DNA from: an uncultured Pelagibacteraceae bacterium
GTDB lineage: Bacteria > Pseudomonadota > Alphaproteobacteria > Pelagibacterales > Pelagibacteraceae
Assembly (NCBI GenBank): GCA_902587215.1
Contig: CACIKJ010000002.1
Span: 6,273-70,272, forward strand
DNA length: 64,000 bases
Direction of reading: 5' to 3'
The notes beneath the pieces were generated by a model. It had not been told where the DNA came from. It saw only the letters and a program-made list of their open reading frames with translations, and ran no database searches. Positions 17,668 through 28,657 of this stretch are shown piece by piece. Within the stretch, counting starts at the first letter, position 1. Each line of letters begins with the position of its first letter. The position numbers were made by a program, and so were the translations under genes.

Positions 17668-18947
17668 TGGCTCTTATAGATATAAAAGTACCAAATATTG
17701 GTGATTTTAAAGACGTAGAAATCATTGAAATTTTAGTTAGTAATGGCCAAAACATAAACAAAGGAGACTCAATGATCACACTTGAAAGTGATAAATCTAG
17801 CGTTGAAGTCCCTTGCAATAATTCAGGTAAGGTAAGTCAAATATATGTAAAAGTTGGTGATAAGGTTTCTGAGGGAGATTTAATACTCAAAATTGAGTCT
17901 AATAAAAACGAGACTATTAAAATTGAAACAACTGAAAGCGCCATTTCAAAAGAAATTCAAAATGCTCCTAAAAAAATTGTAGAAAAATCACTGGCTATTT
18001 CTAATATAAAAAACATTACTACAAGCAATAAATCAATTTTAGCTAGTCCAAAAGTAAGAAAATTCGCTAGAGAACTTGGAGCTGATATTAGTAAAATTTC
18101 CGGATCTGAAAAGTTAGGAAGAGTTACAGAGGAAGATGTAAAAAATTTTGTAAACTTTGGTTTACAACAAAAACAATCAGTAAATAATAATCAAGAAATT
18201 AAAGAGCATAAATTAAAAATTGAATATGAACATTCTGAATTTGGTGAAATAGATATAAGAGATATCCCTCGTATAAAAAAATTAGCAGCGCCACATCTAG
18301 TTAAGTCTTTTAATACAATACCCCACGTAACTCATCATGATCAAATTGATATAACTGAAATGGAAGAATTTAGAAATTCATTGATTGATCATTACACAGG
18401 AGAAAAATTAAAAATTACACCTTTGGCCTTTATTATGAAAGCATTAGTGGCGGCTCTCAAAAAGTTTCCAACTTTTAATTCCTCCATAGAAGATATGAAT
18501 ACAGGTAAAATTACTTTCAAAAAATACTTTCATATTGGAATAGCAGTAGACACTTCTAACGGGTTGATGGTTCCTAAAATAAGAGAAGTTGATAAAAAGA
18601 ACATTCAATATTTATCCTCTGAATTAAGAGACGTTGCCCAAAAATGCAGGGATCTAAAGATTAATAAGAAGGAATTCTATGGAGGATCTATGACAATATC
18701 TAGTCTTGGAGGCATTGGTGGAAGTTTCTTTACACCTATTATCAATTATCCAGAGGTGGCAATATTAGGTGTAAGCAAATCAAATAAACAGCAAATCTTT
18801 ATAAAAGATGAGTTTAAAGTAAGAACTATATTACCAATTTCTCTATCTTATGATCATAGGATTATTGACGGTGCTGAGGCAGCAAGATTTTGTAATGAGA
18901 TTCGAGATAATTTGGGAAAAAATTTTGCTTTTAAATTAGCCATATAA
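17667..18947 (+). CDS. aceF: dihydrolipoamide acetyltransferase E2
   Basis: One lipoyl domain (LESDKSS), ASPKVRKFARELG binding domain, DHRIIDG. Confidence 0.95.
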   Translation: MALIDIKVPNIGDFKDVEIIEILVSNGQNINKGDSMITLESDKSSVEVPCNNSGKVSQIYVKVGDKVSEGDLILKIESNKNETIKIETTESAISKEIQNAPKKIVEKSLAISNIKNITTSNKSILASPKVRKFARELGADISKISGSEKLGRVTEEDVKNFVNFGLQQKQSVNNNQEIKEHKLKIEYEHSEFGEIDIRDIPRIKKLAAPHLVKSFNTIPHVTHHDQIDITEMEEFRNSLIDHYTGEKLKITPLAFIMKALVAALKKFPTFNSSIEDMNTGKITFKKYFHIGIAVDTSNGLMVPKIREVDKKNIQYLSSELRDVAQKCRDLKINKKEFYGGSMTISSLGGIGGSFFTPIINYPEVAILGVSKSNKQQIFIKDEFKVRTILPISLSYDHRIIDGAEAARFCNEIRDNLGKNFAFKLAI

Positions 18948-18965
18948 TTATAAGTTTCCATATAA

Positions 18966-19862
18966 ATGTCTAAATCAATTTCAATCTTAAGTGCATTGGG
19001 GTGTACTTTTATATGGGGAACCACATTTATAGCCCAAGATACAGGAATGGAATTTATAGGTCCTTATTTATTTAATGGTGTAAGATTTTTTGTTGGTTTC
19101 TTAGTGCTATTACCCTTTTTTTTTTACTTTGAAAAAAAAAATGTGAAAAAGGAATTTGTTAAAGGTAATAGTGAATTTTTTAAATTCTCCTTTTTAATAG
19201 GAGTATTTTTATTTTTAGGATCTGCTCTACAGCAAATATCACTTCAGTATACAGATATTGCAAATGCAGCTTTCTTTACGATTTTTTATGTTCCAATGGT
19301 TCCAATAATAGTTTTTTTTCTTTTTAGGGAGAAAATTCACTGGAGTAATTGGCCTTCAGTAATTTTATGTCTTATAGGTGGTTACTTACTTACAAATTTT
19401 TATGATGCAACCGTTAGAAAAGGAGATACTCTTGTAATATTATGCGCTATATTTTGGGCCTTGCATATAATCTATGTTGGAAAAGTAATTAAAAATTTCA
19501 ACCTACCAATACTAATTGGTTTAATTCAAACTTTAGTTGTTTCAGTTCTCTCAATAATAGGAGCAATAACTTTCGAGGAAATTAATATTGATGGAGTATT
19601 TAAACATACATACCAAATACTTTATGCTGGTATTTTATCTGGTGGTTTTGCTTTTGTTTTACAGATCTATGCTCAAAAAAATATTACACCAACACCAGCA
19701 GCTATTATTTTTTCTTTAGAAGGTGTTATAGCGACCATTGCTGCATGGTTTTTATTGAGTCAAATACTAAATATAAATAATATTGCAGGATGTGTATTTA
19801 TTATTCTTGGAGTGCTAATTTCCCAAATAGTACCTGAGTTAAAAATAAATAAAATAAAATAA
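18966..19862 (+). CDS. DMT/EamA family transporter
   Basis: IWGTTF, about ten TM helices, two-repeat EamA layout. Confidence 0.85.
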   Translation: MSKSISILSALGCTFIWGTTFIAQDTGMEFIGPYLFNGVRFFVGFLVLLPFFFYFEKKNVKKEFVKGNSEFFKFSFLIGVFLFLGSALQQISLQYTDIANAAFFTIFYVPMVPIIVFFLFREKIHWSNWPSVILCLIGGYLLTNFYDATVRKGDTLVILCAIFWALHIIYVGKVIKNFNLPILIGLIQTLVVSVLSIIGAITFEEINIDGVFKHTYQILYAGILSGGFAFVLQIYAQKNITPTPAAIIFSLEGVIATIAAWFLLSQILNINNIAGCVFIILGVLISQIVPELKINKIK

Positions 19863-20606
19863 AATTAAGGATAAAACTATTCTATAAATAACAAAAATAT
19901 CTAGAGAGAAACGTTTTATATAAACCAAAAAATATTTAATCGTTAGATAAGAAAAAATATATGAAAAAACTATTCCGAATAAAATATTTAAATCAAATAT
20001 TTCATTCCTAAAAAATGCATCTTTTAAAGTTAGTGTACTTGCACCTAACAAGGCAGGTATAGATAAAATAAAAGATATTTTGGCAGCGTCATATCTATTA
20101 AAATCTAATAATCTACAGCCAGTAATCACAACTCCCGATCTGCTCGCACCTGGTATCAATGCTAAAATTTGAAATAAACCTATCAAAAATATTTTTTTAG
20201 TGTTTAAATTTTCACTAAAAGATTTAGATTCTGCAAATTTATCTGAAAAGTATAACAAAATTCCAAATATAAGTGTGGACCATGCTATAATTTCAATGTT
20301 CCTTAAATTTTCATATAATTGAAATTCATAAAAAAAATATCCTACAATTATCAAAGGCAAAGAACCAGTAACCAGTAAATTTAATATTTTTTTGTTATTA
20401 GAAAAATCAATTAATTCTCTAAAAAAATAGTGAATAATTGCAATCAGTGAACCAAAGTGAAGACTTGCATCTAACAATACTGAACTTTTATAGTTTTGGA
20501 ATATATCTGAAAATAATACTAAATGAGCTGATGAGCTTACTGGTATAAATTCAGACAAACCCTGGATTAAAGATAATATTAAAGTTTGAAGATAGATTAG
20601 TGACAT
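19839..20606 (-). CDS. uppP: undecaprenyl-diphosphate phosphatase
   Basis: QGLSEFIPVSSSAHL and PGASRSG. Confidence 0.93.
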   Translation of the reverse strand: MSLIYLQTLILSLIQGLSEFIPVSSSAHLVLFSDIFQNYKSSVLLDASLHFGSLIAIIHYFFRELIDFSNNKKILNLLVTGSLPLIIVGYFFYEFQLYENLRNIEIIAWSTLIFGILLYFSDKFAESKSFSENLNTKKIFLIGLFQILALIPGASRSGVVITGCRLLDFNRYDAAKISFILSIPALLGASTLTLKDAFFRNEIFDLNILFGIVFSYIFSYLTIKYFLVYIKRFSLDIFVIYRIVLSLILFYFIYF

Positions 20607-20655
20607 CTAATTTCATTCGTAAACTATATAATTTGAAATTAAAGCAATTCGTTTA

Positions 20656-20674
20656 ATGCATATTACGTATGCAT
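20656..20674. promoter_or_regulatory. palindrome ATGCATA-N5-TATGCAT (TGCA-N9-TGCA) between uppP and gltD
   Basis: Perfect 7-bp inverted repeat in the divergent intergenic region. Confidence 0.55.
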
Positions 20675-20781
20675 ATTATTTAAAAGGCCCATAAAAAACC
20701 GCTTTTTTTAAAAATAAGGTAAATAATACTTACCCTTATATGCTTTTTTGAAGTTAACTTATGATATATAAGCTGGCCACT

Positions 20782-22221
20782 ATGTCAGATAAAATGCTTA
20801 AATTTGTAAAAATAGGTCAGCAAAACCCACCTAAAAGGTCGATCGATGAAAGAAATAAAGATTTTAATGAAATTTATAAAGAGTTCATTGACGAAAAAGC
20901 TAAGACACAATCAAGTAGGTGTTCTCAATGTGGAGTACCTTTTTGTCAAGTTCATTGCCCATTAAGTAACAATATTCCAGATTGGTTAAAACTAACAGCA
21001 GAAGGAAGACTAGAGGAAGCCTATAGATTATCTCAAAGTACTAATAACATGCCAGAGGTTTGTGGGAGGATATGTCCTCAGGATAGATTATGTGAGGGAA
21101 ATTGTGTAATTGAGCAATCAGGACATGGAACAGTTACAATAGGATCTGTAGAAAAATTTTTAACAGAAACAGCTTGGGAAAAAAATTGGATTAAACCTAT
21201 CGATGTAAAAAATGAAAGCAACCAAAGCGTCGGCATCATTGGAGCGGGGCCAGCTGGACTTGCATGTGCTGAAGAATTAAGAAAAAAAGAATATAAAGTT
21301 ACTGTTTATGACAGGTACGATAGATCAGGCGGGTTACTAATTTATGGAATTCCCAACTTTAAGTTAGAAAAACATGTAGTGTTAAGAAGAATTAAATATT
21401 TAAAAGATAGTGGAATTAAATTCGTTAACAATTTTGAGGTGGGAAAAGATAAATCATTTAAAGAATTAAAAGAAAAACATGACGCTATTTTAATTGCTAC
21501 AGGCGTTTATAAAGCAAGGGAAATTAATCTACCAGGAAGTGATTTAGCAAATATATTTCCTGCAATGGAATTTTTAATGGCCTCAAATAAAAAAGGCCTG
21601 GGCGACAAAGTCGAATTGTTTGATAAAGGAATTTTAAATGCAGAAGGAAAAGATATAGTTGTAATCGGCGGAGGGGATACAGCTATGGACTGTGTTAGAA
21701 CTTCAGTTAGACAAAAAGCTAATTCAGTTAAATGTTTGTATAGAAGAGATAAAGAAAACATGCCCGGGTCTGCCCGAGAAGTTTTAAATGCTGAAGAGGA
21801 GGGAGTGGAATTTATTTGGCTATCAAATCCAAAAGAATTTGTAGGTACTAATAAAGTTGAAAAAGTTAAAGCTTCAAAAATGAAACTAGGGGAACCAGAT
21901 GAAAGTGGAAGAAGAAAACCTATTGAAGAAAAAGATTCTGAATTTGAAATTAAAGCTGATCTAGTTATTAAAGCTCTTGGTTTTGATCCTGAAAATTTAC
22001 CTGTATTATTTGGAGAGAATAATTTACAGGTATCTAGATGGGGAACAATCAAAGCTGATTTTGATACAATGGAAACTTCGATACCAGGCGTATTTGCTGC
22101 TGGAGACATTGTAAGAGGGGCTTCATTAGTTGTTTGGGCAATAAAAGATGGAAGAGATGCCTCGGACAATATTGATAAATTTTTAAAAAATAAAATTCAA
22201 TTAAAACAAAAAGTTGCATGA
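20782..22221 (+). CDS. gltD: glutamate synthase small subunit
   Basis: RCSQCGVPFCQVHCP, GAGPAG, GGGDTAMDC; start set at ATG 20782 (MSDKML). Confidence 0.95.
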   Translation: MSDKMLKFVKIGQQNPPKRSIDERNKDFNEIYKEFIDEKAKTQSSRCSQCGVPFCQVHCPLSNNIPDWLKLTAEGRLEEAYRLSQSTNNMPEVCGRICPQDRLCEGNCVIEQSGHGTVTIGSVEKFLTETAWEKNWIKPIDVKNESNQSVGIIGAGPAGLACAEELRKKEYKVTVYDRYDRSGGLLIYGIPNFKLEKHVVLRRIKYLKDSGIKFVNNFEVGKDKSFKELKEKHDAILIATGVYKAREINLPGSDLANIFPAMEFLMASNKKGLGDKVELFDKGILNAEGKDIVVIGGGDTAMDCVRTSVRQKANSVKCLYRRDKENMPGSAREVLNAEEEGVEFIWLSNPKEFVGTNKVEKVKASKMKLGEPDESGRRKPIEEKDSEFEIKADLVIKALGFDPENLPVLFGENNLQVSRWGTIKADFDTMETSIPGVFAAGDIVRGASLVVWAIKDGRDASDNIDKFLKNKIQLKQKVA

Positions 22222-25200
22222 AAACTATAAGAGAAGAAAATTTAAAAAAATTAACAGAAAATCATGTTTATTATGAGAATATGGAGCACGATGCTTGTGG
22301 GGTTGGGCTAGTTGTTTCGACAGAAGGAAAAAAATCAAGGAAAGTTGTTGAGGCAGGTATTGAGGCTTTAAAATCAGTTTGGCATAGAGGAGCTATCGAT
22401 GCTGACGGTAAAACAGGTGATGGCGCAGGTATTCATTTAGAAATTCCCACTGACTTTTTTGTAGAGAAAATAGAAGTTACAGGTCATACACATGATAATT
22501 CAGAGTTGTGTATAGGAATGATTTTTTTACCAAGAAATGATTATGGTGCTCAAGAGGCATGTAGAACTATTGTAGAAAGTGAATTAACCAAAAATAACTT
22601 TAATATATATGGTTGGCGACAAGTACCAGTTAACCCATCTGTACTTGGAGAAAAAGCAGAGCAAACTAGACCAGAAATAACTCAAATACTTTTTAAACAT
22701 AATAATAACAAACTTAAAGATAAAGAACTGAATAGATCGCTCTATGAAACAAGAAGAATAATAGAAAAAAAAGCTTTGAGTAATCAGTTAAAAGATTTTT
22801 ACATATGTTCCTTCAGCTCCAAATCTATAATTTATAAGGGGATGTTCCTAGCTGAAGCAATAGATGATTTTTATCCTGACCTTAAAGATGGTAGGTTTGT
22901 ATCAAGATATTCAATTTTTCATCAAAGATTTTCTACAAATACTGCACCAAGTTGGGATCTAGCTCAACCATTTAGATCTTTAGCTCACAATGGAGAAATA
23001 AATACTTTAAAAGGAAATATAAATTGGATGAAAGTTCACGAACAAGAAATGTATTCACCACTTTTTCAAAATATCGAAAACTTAAAACCAGTTATACCAT
23101 CTGGAAACTCAGACTCAGCATCTTTAGATAATGTATTTGAATTACTAACTACATCAGGTCACTCAGCACCATTAGCCAAATTAATGTTAATACCAGATGC
23201 TTGGTCAAAAAAAAGCAAAGTGCTCCCGAAAGAACATTTACAATTGTTTAATTTTTTAAATAGTTCTATGGAACCATGGGATGGACCAGCAGCTATTGCT
23301 GGAACAGACAATGAATGGGCAATTGTAGCCTCTGATCGTAATGGATTAAGGCCAATGAGATATACCGTAACAAATGATAAACTTTTATTTGCAGGATCAG
23401 AAACAGGGATGATCAAAATTAATGAAAAAAAAATAATTGAAAAAGGTAGACTAGGACCTGGCGAAATTCTAGGTGTAAGAATCGAAAAGGGCAAGATTTT
23501 TAGAAATACAGAAATTAAAAACTATTTAGCAAAAGAGTATAAACATTTTAATAATCAAATAATAGACCTAGACAAAAAATTTCCAATACAGAATGAAAGA
23601 AGCCTTTTTGAAGGTAATAATCTTAAAGAAAGACAATATTTATTTGGTTATAGTCTGGAGGATCTAGAATTAATATTGCATCCAATGGCTGAAGATGCAA
23701 AAGAGGCGACAGGATCTATGGGAGACGATACTCCTCTCGCAGTTCTGTCAGATAAATATAGACCACTTTATCACTACTTTAGACAAAATTTTAGTCAGGT
23801 TACAAATCCTCCAATTGATTCATTAAGAGAAAATAAAGTAATGAGTCTTAAGACTAGATTTGGAAATCTTGGAAATATTTTAGATTTTAATAATTTAACA
23901 GAGGAAAATATTTATGTTTTAGAAAGCCCAATACTCTCTAATACACAGTTTGATAAATTTACTAATTATTTTAAAGAAAGTCTTAAGATAATTGATTGTA
24001 CTTTCTCAACGGAAAAAAATTTAGAAGAGGCTTTAGATACAATCAAAAAGGAAGCAGAGATTGCGGTAAGACAAGGTTGTACCCAAATTGTTTTAACTGA
24101 TAAAAATGTTTCAAATAAAAGACTTCCTATTCCAATATTGCTTGCTGTAGGAGCGATAAATACTTATTTAGTAAAACTTAAATTGAGAGGATACGCATCT
24201 ATAAATGTACAAACAGGAGATGCTATGGATACTCATTCATTTGCAACTATAATAGGAGTGGGAGCAACTACGGTAAATCCATATCTTGCTTTTGATAGTT
24301 TATATCAACGTTTCAATAAAAAGTTATTTGGAAATTTCGAATTTGATGAATGTGTAAGAAGGTATATCAAGTCAGTTAATCTGGGCCTACTTAAAATAAT
24401 GTCGAAAATGGGAATTTCTGTAATTAGTTCCTATAGAGGTGGATGTAATTTTGAAACAGTAGGATTGAGCAGAACAATTGTAAATAATTTTTTTCCTGGA
24501 GTGCTCTCTAAGATTTCTGGAATAGGGCTTACTGGTATAGAAAAAAAAGTGAGAAGAATCCATCTCAAAGCTTTTTCGAACACAAATAATGTTTTACCAA
24601 TTGGCGGTATTTATAGATATAGAAAAAGTGGTGAAACTCACCAATATCAAGGACGATTAATACATATGTTACAAACCGCTGTAACTAAGGGCTCATATGA
24701 TATTTATAAAAAATATGCCAAAGGTATTTATGATTTGCCACCGATAAGTTTAAGAGATCTAATCGGATTTAATGAGAAAAAATCTATTAGTCTAGATGAA
24801 GTTGAGCCAGTAGAAGAAATTTTAAAAAGATTTGGTAGTGGGAGCATGTCTCATGGTGCATTGTCAAAGGAAGCTCACGAAACTTTAGCAATTGGCATGA
24901 ATAGAATTAAGGGTGCTTCATGCAGTGGTGAAGGTGGTGAAGATAAATCAAGGTTTAGAATTTTAGATAATGGTGACTCAGCAAACTCAAGAGTTAAACA
25001 AATTGCATCTGCAAGATTTGGAGTAACAATAGATTACTTAAATAACTGCAATGAAATAGAAATTAAAATAGCACAAGGAGCAAAGCCTGGTGAAGGAGGG
25101 CAATTACCTGGCTTTAAAGTAACTGATGAGATTGCAAAACTTAGACACTCAACTCCAGGAGTAACATTAATTTCCCCTCCCCCACATCATGATATTTACT

Positions 25201-26714
25201 CAATTGAGGACCTTGCTCAGTTAATATATGACCTAAAACAAATAAATCCCAACGCAAGGGTAGGTGTTAAATTAGTTGCCTCTTCAGGTATTGGTACTAT
25301 TGCAGCTGGTGTTGCAAAAGCTAAAGCAGATATTATTTTAATTTCAGGTCATTCAGGAGGAACTGGAGCTACACCACAAACTAGTGTTAAATATGTGGGC
25401 ATCCCTTGGGAAATGGGTCTTACAGAAGCTAACCAAGTATTAACTTTGAATAATTTAAGACATAAAGTTACACTAAGAACCGATGGGGGTATTAAGACAG
25501 GTAGAGATGTAGTTATAGCTGCCATGATGGGAGCCGAAGAGTTTGGTGTTGCAACAACTGCACTAGTTGCAATGGGATGTATAATGGTTAGACAATGTCA
25601 CTCAAATACTTGTCCGGTAGGAGTATGTACCCAAGATGAAAAATTAAGAGCAAAATTTGTTGGAACGCCTGATAAAGTGGTTAATTTATTTAAATTTATT
25701 GCTTCAGAAGTAAGAGAAATTTTGGCAGATCTTGGTTTTAAAAATCTAAATGAAATCATTGGACGTACTGACTTACTAAGACAAGTAAGCAAAGGCTCGC
25801 CTAATTTAGATGATCTAGATCTAAATCCACTTTTTGTCCAAGCTGATCCTGGAAAGAATACTAGATATTGCGAAAAACAAATAATAAATAGTGTTCCTGA
25901 TACTTTAGATCAAAAAATTTGGCCAGAGATTGAACATGCCATAGAAAAAAAACAAGAAATTGAAAAAGAATTTATGATTCAAAACACAAATAGAGCAGTG
26001 GGTACAAGAATTTCTTATAACCTTTATAAAAAATATGGAGAAGATAAAATTCAATCCGAGAGTATAAAGCTAAATTTTAAAGGGTCTGCGGGACAGTCAT
26101 TCGGTGCTTTTGCAATAAACGGTTTAAAACTTATACTGAAAGGCGATGCTAATGATTACGTTGCCAAAGGATTATCCGGGGCAACAATTTCAATTAAACT
26201 ACAAGATGAGAGTAATATTTTATCAAAAGAAAATACAATAATTGGAAATACAGTTCTATACGGAGCAACATCTGGCTATTTGTTCGCTGCAGGTCAGGCA
26301 GGTGAGAGATTTGCAGTAAGAAATTCTGGAGCTGTAGCTGTCGTAGAAGGTTGCGGCTCTAACGGTTGTGAATATATGACAGGAGGTAAAATTGTTGTAT
26401 TAGGCGATGTAGGAGATAATTTTGGAGCAGGCATGACAGGAGGTATGGGTTTTGTGTATGATCCAGAAAATGAATTTCAAAATAAAGCAAATCCAGAGTC
26501 AATAGTTTGGCAGAAATTAGAAACAAATTATTGGATAAATGAATTAAAAGATTTAGTACAAAAACATTACAACGAGACAAATTCAAAAATCTCAAAAAAA
26601 ATTCTAGAAAATTTTGAAAGTGAAATTATTAATTTTTACCAAGTATGCCCTAAAGAAATGTTAGATAAGCTTGAAAATCCAATTACAAATAAACAGAGAA
26701 ATCTAGCTAGTTAA
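22218..26714 (+). CDS. gltB: glutamate synthase large subunit
   Basis: HDACGVG, HQRFSTNT, GAKPGEGGQLPG, CHSNTCPVGVCTQ. Confidence 0.97.
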   Translation: MKTIREENLKKLTENHVYYENMEHDACGVGLVVSTEGKKSRKVVEAGIEALKSVWHRGAIDADGKTGDGAGIHLEIPTDFFVEKIEVTGHTHDNSELCIGMIFLPRNDYGAQEACRTIVESELTKNNFNIYGWRQVPVNPSVLGEKAEQTRPEITQILFKHNNNKLKDKELNRSLYETRRIIEKKALSNQLKDFYICSFSSKSIIYKGMFLAEAIDDFYPDLKDGRFVSRYSIFHQRFSTNTAPSWDLAQPFRSLAHNGEINTLKGNINWMKVHEQEMYSPLFQNIENLKPVIPSGNSDSASLDNVFELLTTSGHSAPLAKLMLIPDAWSKKSKVLPKEHLQLFNFLNSSMEPWDGPAAIAGTDNEWAIVASDRNGLRPMRYTVTNDKLLFAGSETGMIKINEKKIIEKGRLGPGEILGVRIEKGKIFRNTEIKNYLAKEYKHFNNQIIDLDKKFPIQNERSLFEGNNLKERQYLFGYSLEDLELILHPMAEDAKEATGSMGDDTPLAVLSDKYRPLYHYFRQNFSQVTNPPIDSLRENKVMSLKTRFGNLGNILDFNNLTEENIYVLESPILSNTQFDKFTNYFKESLKIIDCTFSTEKNLEEALDTIKKEAEIAVRQGCTQIVLTDKNVSNKRLPIPILLAVGAINTYLVKLKLRGYASINVQTGDAMDTHSFATIIGVGATTVNPYLAFDSLYQRFNKKLFGNFEFDECVRRYIKSVNLGLLKIMSKMGISVISSYRGGCNFETVGLSRTIVNNFFPGVLSKISGIGLTGIEKKVRRIHLKAFSNTNNVLPIGGIYRYRKSGETHQYQGRLIHMLQTAVTKGSYDIYKKYAKGIYDLPPISLRDLIGFNEKKSISLDEVEPVEEILKRFGSGSMSHGALSKEAHETLAIGMNRIKGASCSGEGGEDKSRFRILDNGDSANSRVKQIASARFGVTIDYLNNCNEIEIKIAQGAKPGEGGQLPGFKVTDEIAKLRHSTPGVTLISPPPHHDIYSIEDLAQLIYDLKQINPNARVGVKLVASSGIGTIAAGVAKAKADIILISGHSGGTGATPQTSVKYVGIPWEMGLTEANQVLTLNNLRHKVTLRTDGGIKTGRDVVIAAMMGAEEFGVATTALVAMGCIMVRQCHSNTCPVGVCTQDEKLRAKFVGTPDKVVNLFKFIASEVREILADLGFKNLNEIIGRTDLLRQVSKGSPNLDDLDLNPLFVQADPGKNTRYCEKQIINSVPDTLDQKIWPEIEHAIEKKQEIEKEFMIQNTNRAVGTRISYNLYKKYGEDKIQSESIKLNFKGSAGQSFGAFAINGLKLILKGDANDYVAKGLSGATISIKLQDESNILSKENTIIGNTVLYGATSGYLFAAGQAGERFAVRNSGAVAVVEGCGSNGCEYMTGGKIVVLGDVGDNFGAGMTGGMGFVYDPENEFQNKANPESIVWQKLETNYWINELKDLVQKHYNETNSKISKKILENFESEIINFYQVCPKEMLDKLENPITNKQRNLAS

Positions 26715-27461
26715 ATTATTATGTATATATTTAATCTCTCTCATAACCCTTTTTAAATTATTTTTTTTAGACAAGCTATGATCTCCATTTTTGACGATAA
26801 TTAATTTTTTTTTAGCTTTTTTAAATATTTTTATAATCTTTCTCGAGATAGAAATTGGAACCACATCATCTTTTTCACCATGAAGAATTGTTAGGTAAAT
26901 TTTATTATTAAAAATTTTGTTAAAAATCTTGTTCTTCTTTCCATCCTTAATCAAATTATAGGTAATGTTATATTCAAATCCACCATGATTAAAAATATAG
27001 AATTGATCTTTAATTAATTGCTTCCTAACTTTATTTGTAAATTTTTTCCACATTAGCTTATCTAAAAATTCTGGTGCAGGAGCAATGCCAATAAAGGCAA
27101 GTATATTTTTATCAAAAAATTTAAAAAGATTTAGACCTATCCAACCCCCCATGCTTGATCCAACCAAAATTATCTTTTTACCATAAATTTTTTTTTTTAT
27201 TATTTTATATGCGTCTTTAGTCCAACTTGTGATTGTGCCATCTTCAAATTTTCCATATGACTTCCCATGACCAGAATATTCGAATGCTAAAAATCCAATA
27301 TTATTTTTTTTGCAAAATTTATATAAAGTCTTAGGTTTATCACCCTCTAAATCTGATTTAAAGCCATGCAAAAAAACTAGATAAATATCACTATATGAAG
27401 AATTGAATAAATATCTAATTTTTTTTTTTTTAGAAATTTTAACAAATTTAAATTTTGCCAT
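26703..27461 (-). CDS. alpha/beta hydrolase
   Basis: FLHGF, GSSMGG, HGEKDDVVP, GDH. Confidence 0.85.
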   Translation of the reverse strand: MAKFKFVKISKKKKIRYLFNSSYSDIYLVFLHGFKSDLEGDKPKTLYKFCKKNNIGFLAFEYSGHGKSYGKFEDGTITSWTKDAYKIIKKKIYGKKIILVGSSMGGWIGLNLFKFFDKNILAFIGIAPAPEFLDKLMWKKFTNKVRKQLIKDQFYIFNHGGFEYNITYNLIKDGKKNKIFNKIFNNKIYLTILHGEKDDVVPISISRKIIKIFKKAKKKLIIVKNGDHSLSKKNNLKRVMREIKYIHNNLTS

Positions 27462-27502
27462 AAGTTTTACTGGTAACTTATGATATTATTATAGGCATAT
27501 AA

Positions 27503-28657
27503 ATGCCATCAAAAATAAAAGTTTTGCAAGTTATACCTAAGCTTGGATATGGAGGTGCTGAGACTGGATGTTATGATATTGCACACTACTTATACGAAAA
27601 AGACTGTGTATCTTATATAGTAACTAGCGGGGGTGATTTACTCAAATTTGTCGACAAAAAAAAAGTTAAAGTAATAAGACTTCCAGTACAAACCAAAAAC
27701 CCAATATTAATATTTTTTAATGCTATTGTTTTGGCATTAATCATAATAATTTTTAACATAGATATAGTTCATGCAAGGAGTAGAGCACCAGCTTGGTCTT
27801 GTTTTATAGCAACAAAGATTACTAGAAGAAGTTTTGTAACAACTTTTCATGGCACATATAATTTTAATAATAAACTAAAAAAATTCTACAATTCAATTAT
27901 GGTTAGATCAAAATTAATCATAGCTGGATCAAATTTTATCTTCGCGCATATTAAAGAAAATTATTCGGAGTTTATTGATTTAAAAAAAAGATTATTAGTT
28001 ATTTTTAGAGGTATTAATGTTGATTATTTTGATCAAACTTCCATTGTCGAGAGCGACGAAATTAAGCTAAAAAAAAATTGGGAAATTGATGAAAACAAGA
28101 AAATAATTTTATTGCCTGGCAGACTTACATCTTGGAAAGGACAGGAGTTATTTATTGAAGCAATAAATTTAGTAAATATAGAACTTGGCTATGAAGCTTT
28201 TTATGCAGTAATATTGGGAAGTGAGCAAGGAAGGGATTTGTATAAAAAAAAACTCATACGTCTAAGTGAACAATATCGTATGAATAAACAATTAAAATTT
28301 ATAGACAACTGTAAAAATATGGCTTTAGCTTATAAGATATCAGATATAATAATTTCTGCTTCAATTGAACCAGAGGCATTTGGTAGAGTTGCTGTAGAGG
28401 CCCAATCGATGCAAAAAACAATTATTGCTAGTAATATTGGAGGTTCAAATGAAACTATTATTGATGAGAAAACTGGCTTTTTATTTGATGCTGGAGACGC
28501 AAAATCTTTAAGTAAAAAAATAATGAGGGTGTTAAGCATGGACGATAATTTATTAAAAAGTATAGGCGAAGAGGGTAGAAAAAACGTAATAAAAAAATTT
28601 AATGTTGAAAAAATGTGTTTTTCTACTTATTCAGAGTATAAAAAGCTAATTAATTAA
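27503..28657 (+). CDS. glycosyltransferase family 4
   Basis: GGAE, HARSRAPAW, GRLTSWKGQ, EAFGRVAVEA. Confidence 0.9.
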   Translation: MPSKIKVLQVIPKLGYGGAETGCYDIAHYLYEKDCVSYIVTSGGDLLKFVDKKKVKVIRLPVQTKNPILIFFNAIVLALIIIIFNIDIVHARSRAPAWSCFIATKITRRSFVTTFHGTYNFNNKLKKFYNSIMVRSKLIIAGSNFIFAHIKENYSEFIDLKKRLLVIFRGINVDYFDQTSIVESDEIKLKKNWEIDENKKIILLPGRLTSWKGQELFIEAINLVNIELGYEAFYAVILGSEQGRDLYKKKLIRLSEQYRMNKQLKFIDNCKNMALAYKISDIIISASIEPEAFGRVAVEAQSMQKTIIASNIGGSNETIIDEKTGFLFDAGDAKSLSKKIMRVLSMDDNLLKSIGEEGRKNVIKKFNVEKMCFSTYSEYKKLIN

